A DNA stretch of 64,000 bases from Patescibacteria group bacterium (GCA_018817085.1 JAHIUT010000038.1:9441-73440), one strand, 5' to 3'. Positions 10,272 through 20,746 are shown, numbered from the stretch's first letter. Translations and numbers: made by a program. Notes: generated from the letters alone by a model not told the origin.

Positions 10272-11114
10272 TTGTTTAAACAGATGAAAAACTCACAAAA
10301 AGGTTTTATCGTGCCATTACTTCTCGTGATTATTGCGGTGTTGGTAGTCGGAGGCGGTGTTTATATTTACGAAAATAAAAAGATAGAAGCACCTGTTGTC
10401 ATTGATACTGAAACAGAGTCATCAAATCAAGATCAGCAAAAGACAGATACGAAAACTCCCAGCCAAACTCCAACCCCTTCTCCAATCCAACCTTCAACTA
10501 AAAACCCTACATTAAGTAATAATTGTGAAAATTTAGTTACTTACAGTGCAAAAGCATATCAAGATGGCTGGGAAAAAACATTCAAGAAAGAAAATAATCT
10601 TTCCGACTCAGAATTTAATGCTTATATTACTGTTAGTTCTGTATCATTGAGACCACTAGGACTTACTTGTGAATTAGAGATAAGATATGCAGTAAAGAAA
10701 GATTGGTTGCTAGTGAATCAAATAGACAGCATGACGCTTGGTGTTCCGCCAACTATTTCGCCTAGCAATCTTCCTCTTGAGAGCGACCCAACACAATCTG
10801 GACGAATAGGAGTATCAACAGTAAATCTTCACGACTCGTTGTCTTTCAAGAGCCAAACCCAAGCCCTTAACTATTATGTAAGTGCGTATAATCTGAAAGG
10901 TACTGGTGCCAAAATTCAGCAACAAGGTTTCCAAAATTTCTGGAATAAAGAAAGTGCAGAAAAATCCGGTTATCCTTTCGCTGGCGAAGGTGGCGAAGCA
11001 TTTATATCGGTGTCAGGTACTATCAACCAAAGTCAAAACAAATGCTATCGTGGCGAGTTGTCTCTTGTAACCAAGGAAACAACATACCATGATATGCCAT
11101 GTTGGATTAACTAA
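10272..11114 (+). CDS. Membrane-anchored/secreted hypothetical protein with Thr/Pro-rich linker
   Basis: N-terminal TM/signal anchor (FIVPLLLVIIAVLVVGGGVYIY) followed by a TPSQTPTPSPIQPST linker and then a ~200-aa domain. There are 4 nt between the XRE stop and its start. Confidence 0.5.
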   Translation: MFKQMKNSQKGFIVPLLLVIIAVLVVGGGVYIYENKKIEAPVVIDTETESSNQDQQKTDTKTPSQTPTPSPIQPSTKNPTLSNNCENLVTYSAKAYQDGWEKTFKKENNLSDSEFNAYITVSSVSLRPLGLTCELEIRYAVKKDWLLVNQIDSMTLGVPPTISPSNLPLESDPTQSGRIGVSTVNLHDSLSFKSQTQALNYYVSAYNLKGTGAKIQQQGFQNFWNKESAEKSGYPFAGEGGEAFISVSGTINQSQNKCYRGELSLVTKETTYHDMPCWIN

Positions 11115-11150
11115 GGAAAAACTTTAAGTTTTTCCTGATTCAAGGGAGCA

Positions 11151-11196
11151 ATCCCCGCCGTTTTATAATGTCTCCTAAAAACGGCGGGGATTTGTG
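11151..11196 (+). terminator. Rho-independent terminator-like hairpin after the 10272..11114 gene
   Basis: atccccgccgttttataatgtctcctaaaaacggcggggattt: an 11-bp GC-rich stem followed by TTT. Confidence 0.5.
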
Positions 11197-11446
11197 CGCG
11201 CACAGGGCGGGCGGGGCAAGCACATATAGATTTGTTTGTGCCTAGCACAATCCATATTTTGAGTTACCACTACCAGTCATCGAAGCCACAGAGTTTAGAG
11301 CCACCACAGAACGCCGAGAGGAAGCGCCTCGTATCGCCGTGAGGACGGAGAAATGAACAACTCCAAAGAACCATAAATGATATAATACAAATGTTCATTT
11401 TGTAGTCTGAAACGGCGAAGCAAAACCAAAAATTTCCTTTTCTTAT

Positions 11447-11538
11447 TGGTGCCGAAGGTGGGACTTGAACCCACATCCCGATTTTTAGTTGGGACACGGT
11501 TCTGAACCGTGCGCGTCTGCCAATTCCGCCACTTCGGC
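11447..11538 (-). tRNA. tRNA-Leu (anticodon CAG), class II with long variable arm, CCA encoded
   Basis: Reverse complement: GCCGAAGTGGCGGAATTGGCAGACGCGCACGGTTCAGAACCGTGTCCCAACTAAAAATCGGGATGTGGGTTCAAGTCCCACCTTCGGCACCA. It has a 7-bp acceptor stem, anticodon loop TTCAGAA, a long variable arm and a GGTTCAAGTCC T-arm. Confidence 0.85.
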
Positions 11539-11649
11539 AAGAGATGAGCTGTTTGCGAATCCTTGCCCGAGAGGTCTTTGTAGCTTTAGCGAAAGAGACC
11601 ACTTCGGCATTTCTTAATTTCTACCATTTTTTAAGGTAAAATAGAAGAT

Positions 11650-12867
11650 ATGCGTATTTGGAAATGGCGGGGGAAAAAACATAAAAATAGAGCACTTGTC
11701 CTTTTTGGGCTACTACTATCCTTTCTGATTTTATTATTTTCGGGAATAGTTGCTATGAAAAACCGTTCTTTTCGTCCTTTGGAAGAAAGATATCATCCTG
11801 TTGAAGAGTTAGTATCCCAAATAAACTATTCAAAAATAAAATTTGAGGGGTCAAAAACTTGCGTTTCCACAAGCTACAATACCAATTTGGGGAATGTTCA
11901 AGATATTATTGGTTACCAAAACAATAAATTCGGACTTTATATTTACGCGGAAGAAGATTATGTGGAACTTGCCGGCGACCTTGTAAATTCTAACGGCGGA
12001 GATTGGGGATATGTTCTTATTCCTATAAATGTTAGAGACTACGATGGCGGTAAATGGAGAGAGGTTTTTAGAAAACTTAACGAAAAACATTTAATTCCAA
12101 TTTTGCAATTATGGGATTTGTCCAAAGAAGACGAAGAAGGACAACTAAAAGAATGCGCGCAACTTTTAGATTCCTTAGAGTGGCCTATTAAGAAAAGATT
12201 TGTAAGTGTTTTTAACGAGCCAAACGACTCGCGATTTTGGAGAGAGGGGGCGGACCCTAGCGAGTACGCGGAGGTGTTAGACAAAACTATAGCCATATTT
12301 AAAAATCAAAATGAAAACTTTTTTATGTTAAACGGCGCTTTTAACTCTTCCGCTAGAAATGGAGATGGGTACATTGACGAGGAAGAATTTATTATCGCAA
12401 TGAACAAAGCCGTTCCCGGGATTTTTAATAAACTGGACGGGTGGGCAAGCCACCCTTACCCCCAACCTGCTTATAGAGGGAGCCCATTTTCGATTGGGCG
12501 TGACAGCATAAAGGCTTATGATTGGGAATTAAATTTACTCAATAAACTATTTGGAGTAAATAATTTGCCCGTATTTATAACCGAGACTGGTTGGGCACAC
12601 CGCGAAGGTATTATTTACAATGACAATTTTTTGAGCCAAGATGTTGTGGCAAGCTATTTTGTAAAAGCCTTTAAAGAAGTTTGGGGACCGGATACCCGTG
12701 TTGTAGCGGTTACCCCATTTACTATTAGGTACAATCCCCCCTTTGACCATTTCTCGTGGATAGATTTTAACGAGAACTTTTATCCTCAATTTAGGGCGGT
12801 GCAATCTTTGCCAAAAATAAAAGGCTTGCCTCCTTACTTAATCAAAAAAGAGGTTGTGTGTGAATAG
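11650..12867 (+). CDS. Putative clan GH-A glycoside hydrolase (TIM-barrel, GH5-like) with N-terminal membrane anchor
   Basis: NEP acid/base motif (VSVFNEPNDS) and an ITETGW nucleophile motif about 120 aa downstream, the spacing typical of clan GH-A. N-terminal TM LVLFGLLLSFLILLFSGIVA. Confidence 0.45.
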   Translation: MRIWKWRGKKHKNRALVLFGLLLSFLILLFSGIVAMKNRSFRPLEERYHPVEELVSQINYSKIKFEGSKTCVSTSYNTNLGNVQDIIGYQNNKFGLYIYAEEDYVELAGDLVNSNGGDWGYVLIPINVRDYDGGKWREVFRKLNEKHLIPILQLWDLSKEDEEGQLKECAQLLDSLEWPIKKRFVSVFNEPNDSRFWREGADPSEYAEVLDKTIAIFKNQNENFFMLNGAFNSSARNGDGYIDEEEFIIAMNKAVPGIFNKLDGWASHPYPQPAYRGSPFSIGRDSIKAYDWELNLLNKLFGVNNLPVFITETGWAHREGIIYNDNFLSQDVVASYFVKAFKEVWGPDTRVVAVTPFTIRYNPPFDHFSWIDFNENFYPQFRAVQSLPKIKGLPPYLIKKEVVCE

Positions 12868-12883
12868 ATATTTGTTATAGAAT

Positions 12884-14227
12884 ATGTCCATAATGGAACG
12901 AACATTAATTATAGACTCTTTCCAAAAACTAAATGAAAAAGTTATTATTAAAGGTTGGGTTTCTGCAATTAGGGACCACGGAAAAATAAAATTTGTGGAT
13001 ATTTCCGACCGAAGTGGCATCTTGCAAACAGTTTTATCCTCCGAAAAAGAAGTTTCTATGGGCGATGTTTTAAAAGTTTTGGGAACCATTAAAAAAAGAC
13101 CCGAAAAAATGGTTAATACCAAAATCGTTACAGGTACGGTGGAACTTGAAATAGAAAAATTGGAAGTGTTGGAGAAAGCGGGGGAATTTCCTTTTGATAT
13201 GGGGGATGCTGATTTAAAAGTGTCTTTAGAAATTTTGTTGGATTATCGTCCGCTTACTTTAAAACACCCCAAAACAAAAGCGATTTTTAAAGTTCAGGAA
13301 ACAATCGTCCATTCTTTTAGAGAAACTCTTAAATCTCTTGGGTTTACGGAAATTTTTGTTCCCACGCTTGTTCCTTGCGCCACCGAGGGGGGCGCCGAAG
13401 TTTTTAAGGTGGATTATTACGATGGAAAAGCGTACCTTGCGCAAAGTCCTCAACTTTACAAGCAAATTATGGTGGGGGTTTTTGAAAGAGTGTTTACCAT
13501 AGCTCACGCTTATAGGGCGGAGCCTAGCGTTACTACGCGACATATGAGTGAATATGTGTCTTTAGATTGCGAAATGGGGTTCATAGAAAGTTTTTCGGAT
13601 ATTTTGGATGTGGTGGAAATTGTGGTTAAAGGAATTTTTAAAAGTTTAAACAACACTTGTCTAAAAGAGCTTGCGCTTTACAATGCCAAAACTCCCCTTG
13701 TCTCGGAGAAAATTCCAAGAATAAAAATGAGAGAAGCGCAAGAAATTATTCTTAAAAGAACCGGGCGAGATAACACAAAAGAACCTGATTTAAGTCCTGA
13801 GGACGAAAAAGAAATTTGCCAGTATTCAAAAGAAAAATATCAGTCGGAACTTATTTTCATAACTCACTACCCTACCAAGAAAAGACCGTTTTACACCTAC
13901 CCAAGCGACGACGACCCTGAATATACAGACAGCTTTGACCTTTTGGGCAGAGGTCTTGAGTGGATTACCGGCGGAAGAAGAATAAACAATTACAATAAGT
14001 TATTGGATAACATTAAAAAATGGGGCAATAAAAAAGAGGATTTTGAGATTTATTTACAGGCTTTTAAGTACGGTATGCCCCCCGAAGGCGGTTTTGCGGT
14101 TGGCGCCGAACGGGTTACTATGCAGGTATTGGGACTTAAAAATATTAGAGAGGCATCGCTCTTTCCCCGAGATATGCAAAGGGTGGATATAAAAATTTCC
14201 AAGGAGAAAAAGGATGGCGCGAAATAA
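12884..14227 (+). CDS. aspS: Aspartyl-tRNA synthetase, archaeal/type-2 form (likely non-discriminating)
   Basis: Class II aaRS motifs (FRAEPSVTTRHMSEYVSLDCEMGF; GGFAVGAERVTMQVLGLKNIREASLFPRD). LAQSPQLYKQ and the 447-aa length fit archaeal-type AspRS. AsnRS cannot be fully excluded. Confidence 0.7.
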   Translation: MSIMERTLIIDSFQKLNEKVIIKGWVSAIRDHGKIKFVDISDRSGILQTVLSSEKEVSMGDVLKVLGTIKKRPEKMVNTKIVTGTVELEIEKLEVLEKAGEFPFDMGDADLKVSLEILLDYRPLTLKHPKTKAIFKVQETIVHSFRETLKSLGFTEIFVPTLVPCATEGGAEVFKVDYYDGKAYLAQSPQLYKQIMVGVFERVFTIAHAYRAEPSVTTRHMSEYVSLDCEMGFIESFSDILDVVEIVVKGIFKSLNNTCLKELALYNAKTPLVSEKIPRIKMREAQEIILKRTGRDNTKEPDLSPEDEKEICQYSKEKYQSELIFITHYPTKKRPFYTYPSDDDPEYTDSFDLLGRGLEWITGGRRINNYNKLLDNIKKWGNKKEDFEIYLQAFKYGMPPEGGFAVGAERVTMQVLGLKNIREASLFPRDMQRVDIKISKEKKDGAK

Positions 14228-15179
14228 ATCTAAAATATCCATATTTAGCCTTTTTCTAATTGTCTTATCTTTAGGAGTTTTTTTATACGCGCTTTATTTT
14301 CGCTATACCCACCCGGTTAAAAAATTTAACCCGCCTTTAACAGTACAAGAAGAGCCTAAAGAAAACCTTACCGAAACTGTAGTTTTGGGTGAAAAAACGG
14401 AAGATTCTCCCGCGCCAGTTAAAAAAGAAACCCCCCCAGTTCCTAAAGTTACCGCGTTGTCTTACATTGTTTACGATGTAATGCAAGACAAAATAGTAGC
14501 GGATAAATACCCCGACCTTATTCTTCCTCCCGCTTCCACTACTAAATTAATGACGGCGTTAGTGGCTTTGGACGAATACTCTATTGAAGATGTTTTGCCT
14601 ATACCAAAAGATTGTCTAAAACTTCCGGGAACGCAGGCGTATCTGTTAGACGGAGATTTTTTATCAGTGGAGAGTTTACTTTATGCTCTTTTGCTTCCTT
14701 CAGGATCCGATGCGGCTTGTGTTTTGGCGCAGGGACATAATAACCCTTCGGATTTTTTGGCTAAAATGAACAAAAAAGCGGAGGGAATGGGTTTAACGCA
14801 CACCCGTTTTGACAATGTGATAGGGCTGGACAGCGATAATGGAAACCAACTTTCTACAGCGTCCGATTTGCTGATTATTGCAAGAGAGGTATGGAAAAAC
14901 CCGGAGCTGATGAAAATTGTGGGTACAAGATATTATAAAGCGCCGTCCCACGATTCCAGCAAGACCTATACGATTAGAAATACTAATGAGTTGTTGTTCT
15001 CGCTTCCGGGAACGGTGGGTATGAAAACGGGTACTACGGAAAAAGCGGGAGAGTGTTTAATCTATGCTTATGCGAACACCAGCAAGGATAAAAAAGTAAT
15101 TATTATAGTTATGGGCAGTAGCGAGGGGTCCCGCTTTACTGACACAAAAAACCTTTTAGATTGGTATTTAGCGTTGTGA
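14214..15179 (+). CDS. dacA: D-alanyl-D-alanine carboxypeptidase (serine-type, PBP5/6 family)
   Basis: N-terminal TM, SxxK active-site motif [15 protein letters not shown], an SGS-like segment (LLPSGSDAA) and a KTG motif ([11 protein letters not shown]). Confidence 0.75.
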   Translation: MARNKSKISIFSLFLIVLSLGVFLYALYFRYTHPVKKFNPPLTVQEEPKENLTETVVLGEKTEDSPAPVKKETPPVPKVTALSYIVYDVMQDKIVADKYPDLILPPASTTKLMTALVALDEYSIEDVLPIPKDCLKLPGTQAYLLDGDFLSVESLLYALLLPSGSDAACVLAQGHNNPSDFLAKMNKKAEGMGLTHTRFDNVIGLDSDNGNQLSTASDLLIIAREVWKNPELMKIVGTRYYKAPSHDSSKTYTIRNTNELLFSLPGTVGMKTGTTEKAGECLIYAYANTSKDKKVIIIVMGSSEGSRFTDTKNLLDWYLAL

Positions 15180-15186
15180 ACTATCT

Positions 15187-16470
15187 ATGATTAAAGTTAT
15201 AGAGAATTATTCAAATATACTGAAATCGCCGGAATTGAGAAAAAAACTTCTGGTCACACTGCTTATCTTTGGTATTTTTAGGATTTTGGCGCATATTCCC
15301 GTTCCGGGGGTTAATGTTTCGGGGATAAAAGAATTTTTTGCGTCAAGCCAGCTTTTGGGTCTTTTAGATATTTTTAGCGGCGGGGGGATGCAAAATTTTT
15401 CGGTGGTTACTTTGGGGTTAAACCCCTATATTAACGCATCCATAATTTTTCAGCTTTTAACTATGGCAATACCTCAACTGGAGGAGTTGTCAAAAGAAGG
15501 AGAGAGTGGAAGGCAGAAAATTAATCAATACACCAGGCTTGTGAGCGTGCCTCTTTGCGTTTTGCAAGCTTATGGAATGTATTTCTTCCTGCATTCTCAA
15601 AAAATAGTTCCGAGTTTGGATATCTTTTCAATAGCTATTTTGGTTATTACTATGACGGCGGGTTCTGTTTTATTGATGTGGCTTGGGGAGCTGGTTGGCG
15701 AGTATGGGCTGGGTAACGGCATATCTCTCTTGATTTTTGCGGGAATAGTTTCAAGATTGCCTTCTTCTATTGGAAGAACAGCGGTATCCACAACGGGAGA
15801 TGGGGCCCTTAACCTTACATTGTTTTTTGTTTTGGCGCTTGTGGTTATTGCCGGTATAGTTTTTGTAAATGAGGCAACGAGAAATATCCCTATCCAATAC
15901 GCCCGTCTTGTAAAAAAAGGTTCGTCAGGATATGGGTCTTCTACCTATTTGCCTTTAAGAATAAATCAAGCGGGGGTTATACCTATTATATTTGCGGTGT
16001 CTTTGGTTTTGCTCCCCTCCGTTTTGGGAAATTATCTGCAAGGAGTTAATAATTCAACCATAAGCGGGATGGCTAAGTTTTTAACTTATAACTTTCAGCC
16101 AAACAGCATTCTTTATAATGTTTTATATTTTGCGTTGGTTGTGGGGTTTACCTATTTTTATACTGCGGTTACTTTTAATCCCGAAAAAGTTGCCGACGAG
16201 ATTAAAAAGAACGGCGGGTTTGTGCCGGGAATTCGTCCTGGAAGAGCCACTTCGGAATATCTAAATGTTATTTTAACCAGAATAACTTTGCCCTCGGCGG
16301 TGTTTTTGGGATTAATTGCCATTTTGCCTGCGGTTATGCAATCGGTAACGGGAATATCCACTTTAAGCATTGGCGGAACGAGTGTTTTGATTGTGGTGCA
16401 AGTTGTTCTTGAAACTATGAAACAAGTAGAATCCCAACTTGTTATGAGGGATTATGAAGGTTTTTTGTGA
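15187..16470 (+). CDS. secY: Preprotein translocase subunit SecY
   Basis: 427-aa polytopic membrane protein with the conserved SecY N-terminus ([28 protein letters not shown]) and 10-TM layout. Confidence 0.9.
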   Translation: MIKVIENYSNILKSPELRKKLLVTLLIFGIFRILAHIPVPGVNVSGIKEFFASSQLLGLLDIFSGGGMQNFSVVTLGLNPYINASIIFQLLTMAIPQLEELSKEGESGRQKINQYTRLVSVPLCVLQAYGMYFFLHSQKIVPSLDIFSIAILVITMTAGSVLLMWLGELVGEYGLGNGISLLIFAGIVSRLPSSIGRTAVSTTGDGALNLTLFFVLALVVIAGIVFVNEATRNIPIQYARLVKKGSSGYGSSTYLPLRINQAGVIPIIFAVSLVLLPSVLGNYLQGVNNSTISGMAKFLTYNFQPNSILYNVLYFALVVGFTYFYTAVTFNPEKVADEIKKNGGFVPGIRPGRATSEYLNVILTRITLPSAVFLGLIAILPAVMQSVTGISTLSIGGTSVLIVVQVVLETMKQVESQLVMRDYEGFL

Positions 16471-16482
16471 TAGAATACAATT

Positions 16483-17331
16483 ATGGACGATATAACGACA
16501 ACAATATTGCTTGGCGACTCGCAAGAAGTGTTGGAAACCTTGAGCGAAGACTCAATTGATTTGATTATAACCTCCCCACCGTATGCCGATAGACGAAAAA
16601 ATACTTATGGGGGTATAGCGCCAAAAAAATATGTTGAATGGTTTTTGCCAATAAGTGAACAATTACTGCGGGTTTTGAAACCAACAGGAACATTTATTTT
16701 GAACATTAAAGAAAAGGCGGAAAACGGGGAGCGCACTACTTATGTTCTTGAACTTATTTTGGCTTTACGAAAACAGGGTTGGTTGTGGACAGAGGAATTT
16801 ATTTGGCATAAAAAAAATTGCTATCCGGGTAAGTGGCCAAATCGTTTTCGCGACGCGTGGGAACGAATGCTCCAGTTTAATAAGACCCGAGATTTCAATA
16901 TGTATCAAGAAGCGGTTATGGTGCCAATTGGTGATTGGGCGAATGGGCGGCTGAAAAATTTAAGCGAAATTGATAAAATACGGGACGATTCTAAAAGTGG
17001 TAGTGGGTTTGGCAAGAACATATCCAACTGGTTAAAGCGAAGCATGGTATATCCGACCAATGTTTTACAATTTGCTACTGTTTGCAATAACAAAAAGCAC
17101 AGCGCTGCTTTTCCAGAAGAATTGCCGGAATGGTTCATTAAACTTTTTACTCAAGAAAACGATTGGATTTTAGATCCATTTTTGGGATCTGGTACAACAT
17201 CGGAGGTAGCGCAAAGGATGAGACGCAACTCAATAGGCATTGAAATAATACCTGAGTATGTAGAGATGTTCAAAGAAAAAATAACTCAAAAAGAACCATC
17301 TTTAATTAGTCATAATAAAATTATCGTATGA
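16483..17331 (+). CDS. DNA methyltransferase, beta-class (motif IV SPPY precedes motif I FxGxG), N4-cytosine or N6-adenine specific
   Basis: DLIITSPPYADRR (motif IV, the SPPY form typical of N4C-MTases) near the N-terminus and ILDPFLGSGTT (motif I) near the C-terminus. Confidence 0.8.
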   Translation: MDDITTTILLGDSQEVLETLSEDSIDLIITSPPYADRRKNTYGGIAPKKYVEWFLPISEQLLRVLKPTGTFILNIKEKAENGERTTYVLELILALRKQGWLWTEEFIWHKKNCYPGKWPNRFRDAWERMLQFNKTRDFNMYQEAVMVPIGDWANGRLKNLSEIDKIRDDSKSGSGFGKNISNWLKRSMVYPTNVLQFATVCNNKKHSAAFPEELPEWFIKLFTQENDWILDPFLGSGTTSEVAQRMRRNSIGIEIIPEYVEMFKEKITQKEPSLISHNKIIV

Positions 17332-18071
17332 AAGAATTAGATTTGCAACAAATTTATGAATATGTAGAAAAACACATCTCAATCTTTCATCAGAGGAGAT
17401 TGGATTATGTGCAAAATAGGGTCGACCTGCTCAAAATTTTGAAGCAGAAAAATCCTTATCTTTTCAAAGCCAAAAATATCCTTACCGCACAAGATTTGAT
17501 TAAGGGGTTTTTGGACGCTTTTTTACAATCACAAGAGGAAACTTTATTTGGGGATTTTATTGAAGGGTTGGCGATTTTTGTTTGTGATAAAGTATTTGGC
17601 GCAAAAAAATCAGAATTGACGGGTGTTGATTTGGAATTTGAGAAAAATGGAACTATATATATTGTTGAAATTAAAGCTGGTTGGAATTGGGGTAATTCAA
17701 GTCAAATCAGACAACTACGGATCAATTTCGAAACCGCGAAAAAAGCAATACGGGTCAAAACTAGTAAAGAAATAGTTGCAATTAATGGATGTTGCTTTGG
17801 CAGAGACAACAAACCAGATAAAGGTGATTATTTAAAACTGTGCGGGCAACGCTTCTGGGAATTTATTTCTGGGAGCAAGGAATTATACATAAACATTATT
17901 GAGCCTATTGGGTATGAAGCAAAAGAAAAAAATGAAGAATTTATGGAAAATTACGCTTGTATTATAAATAAACTTACGCTTGAATTTTCACAGCAATTTT
18001 GTGATGATGGGAAAATTAATTGGGCAAAATTGGTAGAGTATAATTCGGGTTTTGAGAAAATAAAAGTATGA
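17328..18071 (+). CDS. Putative Type II restriction endonuclease (PD-(D/E)xK) cognate to the upstream MTase
   Basis: ATGA start/stop overlap with the MTase. Candidate catalytic core is GVDLEFEKNGTIYIVEIKAG (D...E-x-K). No other family is recognised. Confidence 0.5.
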   Translation: MKELDLQQIYEYVEKHISIFHQRRLDYVQNRVDLLKILKQKNPYLFKAKNILTAQDLIKGFLDAFLQSQEETLFGDFIEGLAIFVCDKVFGAKKSELTGVDLEFEKNGTIYIVEIKAGWNWGNSSQIRQLRINFETAKKAIRVKTSKEIVAINGCCFGRDNKPDKGDYLKLCGQRFWEFISGSKELYINIIEPIGYEAKEKNEEFMENYACIINKLTLEFSQQFCDDGKINWAKLVEYNSGFEKIKV

Positions 18072-18280
18072 ATAATGAGCAAAACAAGGAGATAATTTAT
18101 TCCATAACAGTTGAGGATTTACAAGATGAAGCTATTTGCCGAATCGGCAGAAAATTAACAGACGATGAATTATACACCGCAAAGAAATGTATTGAGTGGG
18201 GGTTGTCATCTGTTATTGATATAACTATGAAAGCCGCGATTGAGGAAGCGGTTGCACAAGACCGCAAAGCCGAACATTGA
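18068..18280 (+). CDS. Small hypothetical protein (70 aa) translationally coupled to the putative REase
   Basis: ATGA overlap with the upstream gene. No HTH was recognised, so function is unknown. Confidence 0.35.
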   Translation: MNNEQNKEIIYSITVEDLQDEAICRIGRKLTDDELYTAKKCIEWGLSSVIDITMKAAIEEAVAQDRKAEH

Positions 18281-18375
18281 TATTCTTACAAAATCAAAAT
18301 TCTCACAATGACGAACGAGAAAGTTACTTTGTGATGAAATGGATGGAACAGATTAGTAAAAAGGGGGTGTTTTTT

Positions 18376-18645
18376 ATGTTTAATCCGGGAAAAATTAAAG
18401 ATTTATACAACTTAAAAAAACAAGCCGACGAGATGAAGCGCGAGATGGAAAAGATTGTGGTAGAAGTGGAAGAAAAGGGTGTAAAAATAGTAATGCAAGG
18501 CGACCAGAAAGTTGTTAGTGTTATGGTGGATGGGGAAGATAGCCCCAAATTAAAAGACGTTTTTAACAAAGCTGTAAAAGAGAGTCAGAAAAAGACCGCC
18601 AAAAAAATGCAAGGCAGGCTTTCGGATTTGGGTTTGGGGTTTTAA
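18376..18645 (+). CDS. ybaB: Nucleoid-associated protein YbaB/EbfC family
   Basis: MFNPGKIKDLYNLKKQADEMKREMEKI...VKIVMQGDQKVVSVMVD...LSDLGLGF matches the YbaB architecture. AAGGGGGTG is a Shine-Dalgarno-like sequence 6 nt upstream of ATG 18376. The ORF-track start at 18277 is TTG. Confidence 0.7.
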   Translation: MFNPGKIKDLYNLKKQADEMKREMEKIVVEVEEKGVKIVMQGDQKVVSVMVDGEDSPKLKDVFNKAVKESQKKTAKKMQGRLSDLGLGF

Positions 18646-18649
18646 GAAT

Positions 18650-19180
18650 ATGAAGATTATTATTATGGGCCCGCAGGGTTGTGGGAAATCTACTCAAGCG
18701 GAAAAAATTTCCGAAAAACTTAATATTCCGCATATTTCAACTGGTGACATTTTTAGAAAGCTGGAAAAAAGCAAAAGCCCTTTAGGAATTAGGGTTTTTA
18801 AGGAGATGTTGTCTGGAAAACTAGTTTCCGATGATGACACTATGCTTGTTATAAAAAGGGAATTGTCCCAACAAAAATACAAAAACGGTTTTATCATAGA
18901 CGGGTTTCCGAGAAATGTGTATCAAGCAAAACATTCTCCATTTAAGCCGGATATAATTTTGTATTTAAAAGTTTCCAAAGAAGTGTCCTTTGCGCGTTTA
19001 ATTGAAAGGAAAAGGGAAGACGATACCCCCAAGGTTATAAAAACGAGATTGTCGGAATATTACAAAAACACCACCCCTGTTCTTGACTACTACGAAAAAA
19101 CGGGAGTTCTAAGAACTTTTAACGGTGAACAGGAAATTGAGGGTTTATATCGGGAGTTAATCAAAGAGCTGGCGAGATGA
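18650..19180 (+). CDS. adk: Adenylate kinase (short form)
   Basis: P-loop IIIMGPQGCGKSTQAEKISEKLNIPHISTGDIFR, length 176 aa. Confidence 0.88.
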   Translation: MKIIIMGPQGCGKSTQAEKISEKLNIPHISTGDIFRKLEKSKSPLGIRVFKEMLSGKLVSDDDTMLVIKRELSQQKYKNGFIIDGFPRNVYQAKHSPFKPDIILYLKVSKEVSFARLIERKREDDTPKVIKTRLSEYYKNTTPVLDYYEKTGVLRTFNGEQEIEGLYRELIKELAR

Positions 19181-19968
19181 TAATAATAAAAACTCCTTTA
19201 GAAATAGATAAAATGCGAAAAAGCGGATTTTTGGCGGCTACCGTTATGAAAAGGACTTTGGGATTTATTCATCCGCACCTTACCACAATGCAGGTGGACA
19301 AATTTATAAAGTCCCAAATAAAATCTTTTCACGCTTTGCCTTCCTTTATAGGGCAAGATGGCTATGAGTTTTCTTCTTGTATAAGCGTAAATGAAGAGGT
19401 AGTTCATGGTTTGCCTTCGGAAAGAAAAATTAAAAAAGGTGATTTAGTGTCTATAGATTTGGGGGTTTTGTATGATGGCTATCATTCGGATATGTGTGGA
19501 ACTTTGGAAGTAGGCGTTGGTAAGCTTTTATTGCCGTGTAAAGGGTCAAAGGAGAGTTGGGAGTTGGAAAGGTGTCAAAACAAATTTTTAGAAGTGGGAA
19601 TTAAAGCGTTAGACAGAGCAATTGAACAATGCAAACCGGGAAATTTTGTGGGAGATATCTCCTACGCTATGCAAAGAACAATTGAGGAAAACGGTTATTT
19701 TGTGGTCAGAGATTTGGTGGGGCATGGTATAGGAAAAAACTTGCATGAAGACCCGCAGGTGCCTTGTTTTGGAGAAGCAGGAAGGGGACCCAAGCTTATT
19801 GAGGGTATGGTTTTAGCCATTGAGGTAATGTACACTAAGGAAAATATTCCGCTTAAAGTGCTTTCGGATGGATGGACTTTTGCAACAAAGAACAAAAGTC
19901 TATCGGCTATGTTTGAGCACACGGGGGCTGTAACTAAAAATGGTTGTGAGGTGTTGACGAAACCCTGA
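19177..19968 (+). CDS. map: Methionine aminopeptidase, type I
   Basis: Metal-binding motifs ([13 protein letters not shown]; [16 protein letters not shown]; AIEVMYT) at canonical spacing. Confidence 0.88.
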   Translation: MIIIKTPLEIDKMRKSGFLAATVMKRTLGFIHPHLTTMQVDKFIKSQIKSFHALPSFIGQDGYEFSSCISVNEEVVHGLPSERKIKKGDLVSIDLGVLYDGYHSDMCGTLEVGVGKLLLPCKGSKESWELERCQNKFLEVGIKALDRAIEQCKPGNFVGDISYAMQRTIEENGYFVVRDLVGHGIGKNLHEDPQVPCFGEAGRGPKLIEGMVLAIEVMYTKENIPLKVLSDGWTFATKNKSLSAMFEHTGAVTKNGCEVLTKP

Positions 19969-20003
19969 TTTATGTTAAAATACCCAGAGTTATACAAAAC
20001 TAT

Positions 20004-20222
20004 ATGCAAAAACAGGGATTAATTGTTAAGGAAGGCATAGTGTTGGAGTCTTTGCCCAATGCTATGTTTAAGGCGCGTATGGAAGACGAGAGCGAAATTT
20101 TGGCTCAAATTTCAGGTAAAATGCGCAAATACCATATTAAGGTTCTTCCGGGCGATAAAATTAAAGTTGAAATGAGTATTTACGATACCAAAAGAGGACG
20201 GATCGTTTTTAGATATACTTAA
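20004..20222 (+). CDS. infA: Translation initiation factor IF-1
   Basis: 72 aa with S1-like fold: [51 protein letters not shown]. Confidence 0.9.
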   Translation: MQKQGLIVKEGIVLESLPNAMFKARMEDESEILAQISGKMRKYHIKVLPGDKIKVEMSIYDTKRGRIVFRYT

Positions 20223-20231
20223 CAAAACAAA

Positions 20232-20348
20232 ATGAAAGTAAGGGCTTCGGTAAAAACAATGTGCAGAAATTGTAAAATCGTTCGCCGGAAAGGCGTTGTT
20301 TTTGTTATTTGTTCTGCTAATCAAAAGCATAAGCAGAGACAAGGTTAA
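20232..20348 (+). CDS. rpmJ: 50S ribosomal protein L36
   Basis: Hand-translated; not in the ORF track because it is under 60 aa: [38 protein letters not shown]. It has the C-x2-C...C-x4-H zinc-ribbon pattern and the canonical position between infA and rpsM. Confidence 0.85.
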   Translation: MKVRASVKTMCRNCKIVRRKGVVFVICSANQKHKQRQG

Positions 20349-20353
20349 TTAAT

Positions 20354-20740
20354 ATGCCAAGAATAGTGGGGATTGACATACCAAATGAAAAAACAATAGG
20401 CACGGCCTTAACTTATATTTATGGAATTGGCGATAAAGTTTCTTTAAAAATACTTTCTTTGGCAAAAATTGACCCTGCTACGCGCGCCAAGAATTTAACG
20501 GAGGAAGATACAGCTAAAATTAGGCAAGCAATAGAGGATTTGCAAGTTTCTATAGAAGGGGAACTAAAAAGAACGACAAGCCAGAATATTAAAAGGTTAA
20601 TGGATATCCGTTGTTTTAGAGGTATTCGGCATCAAAGAAAGCTTCCGGTAAGAGGTCAAAACACCAGAACTAACGCAAGAACAAAAAGGGGAAAACGAGC
20701 AACTGTAGGCGGAATGAAGAAGATACTGCAAAAAACTTAA
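20354..20740 (+). CDS. rpsM: 30S ribosomal protein S13
   Basis: MPRIVGIDIPNEKTIGTALTYIYGIG... with C-terminal RTNARTKRG. Confidence 0.93.
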   Translation: MPRIVGIDIPNEKTIGTALTYIYGIGDKVSLKILSLAKIDPATRAKNLTEEDTAKIRQAIEDLQVSIEGELKRTTSQNIKRLMDIRCFRGIRHQRKLPVRGQNTRTNARTKRGKRATVGGMKKILQKT

Positions 20741-20746
20741 TTTTAT

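Noticed and set aside
11270-11602. ORFs of 110 aa and 81 aa overlapping the tRNA-Leu gene
   Set aside because: They overlap a well-formed tRNA and have no coding features. Artefacts of ORF calling.
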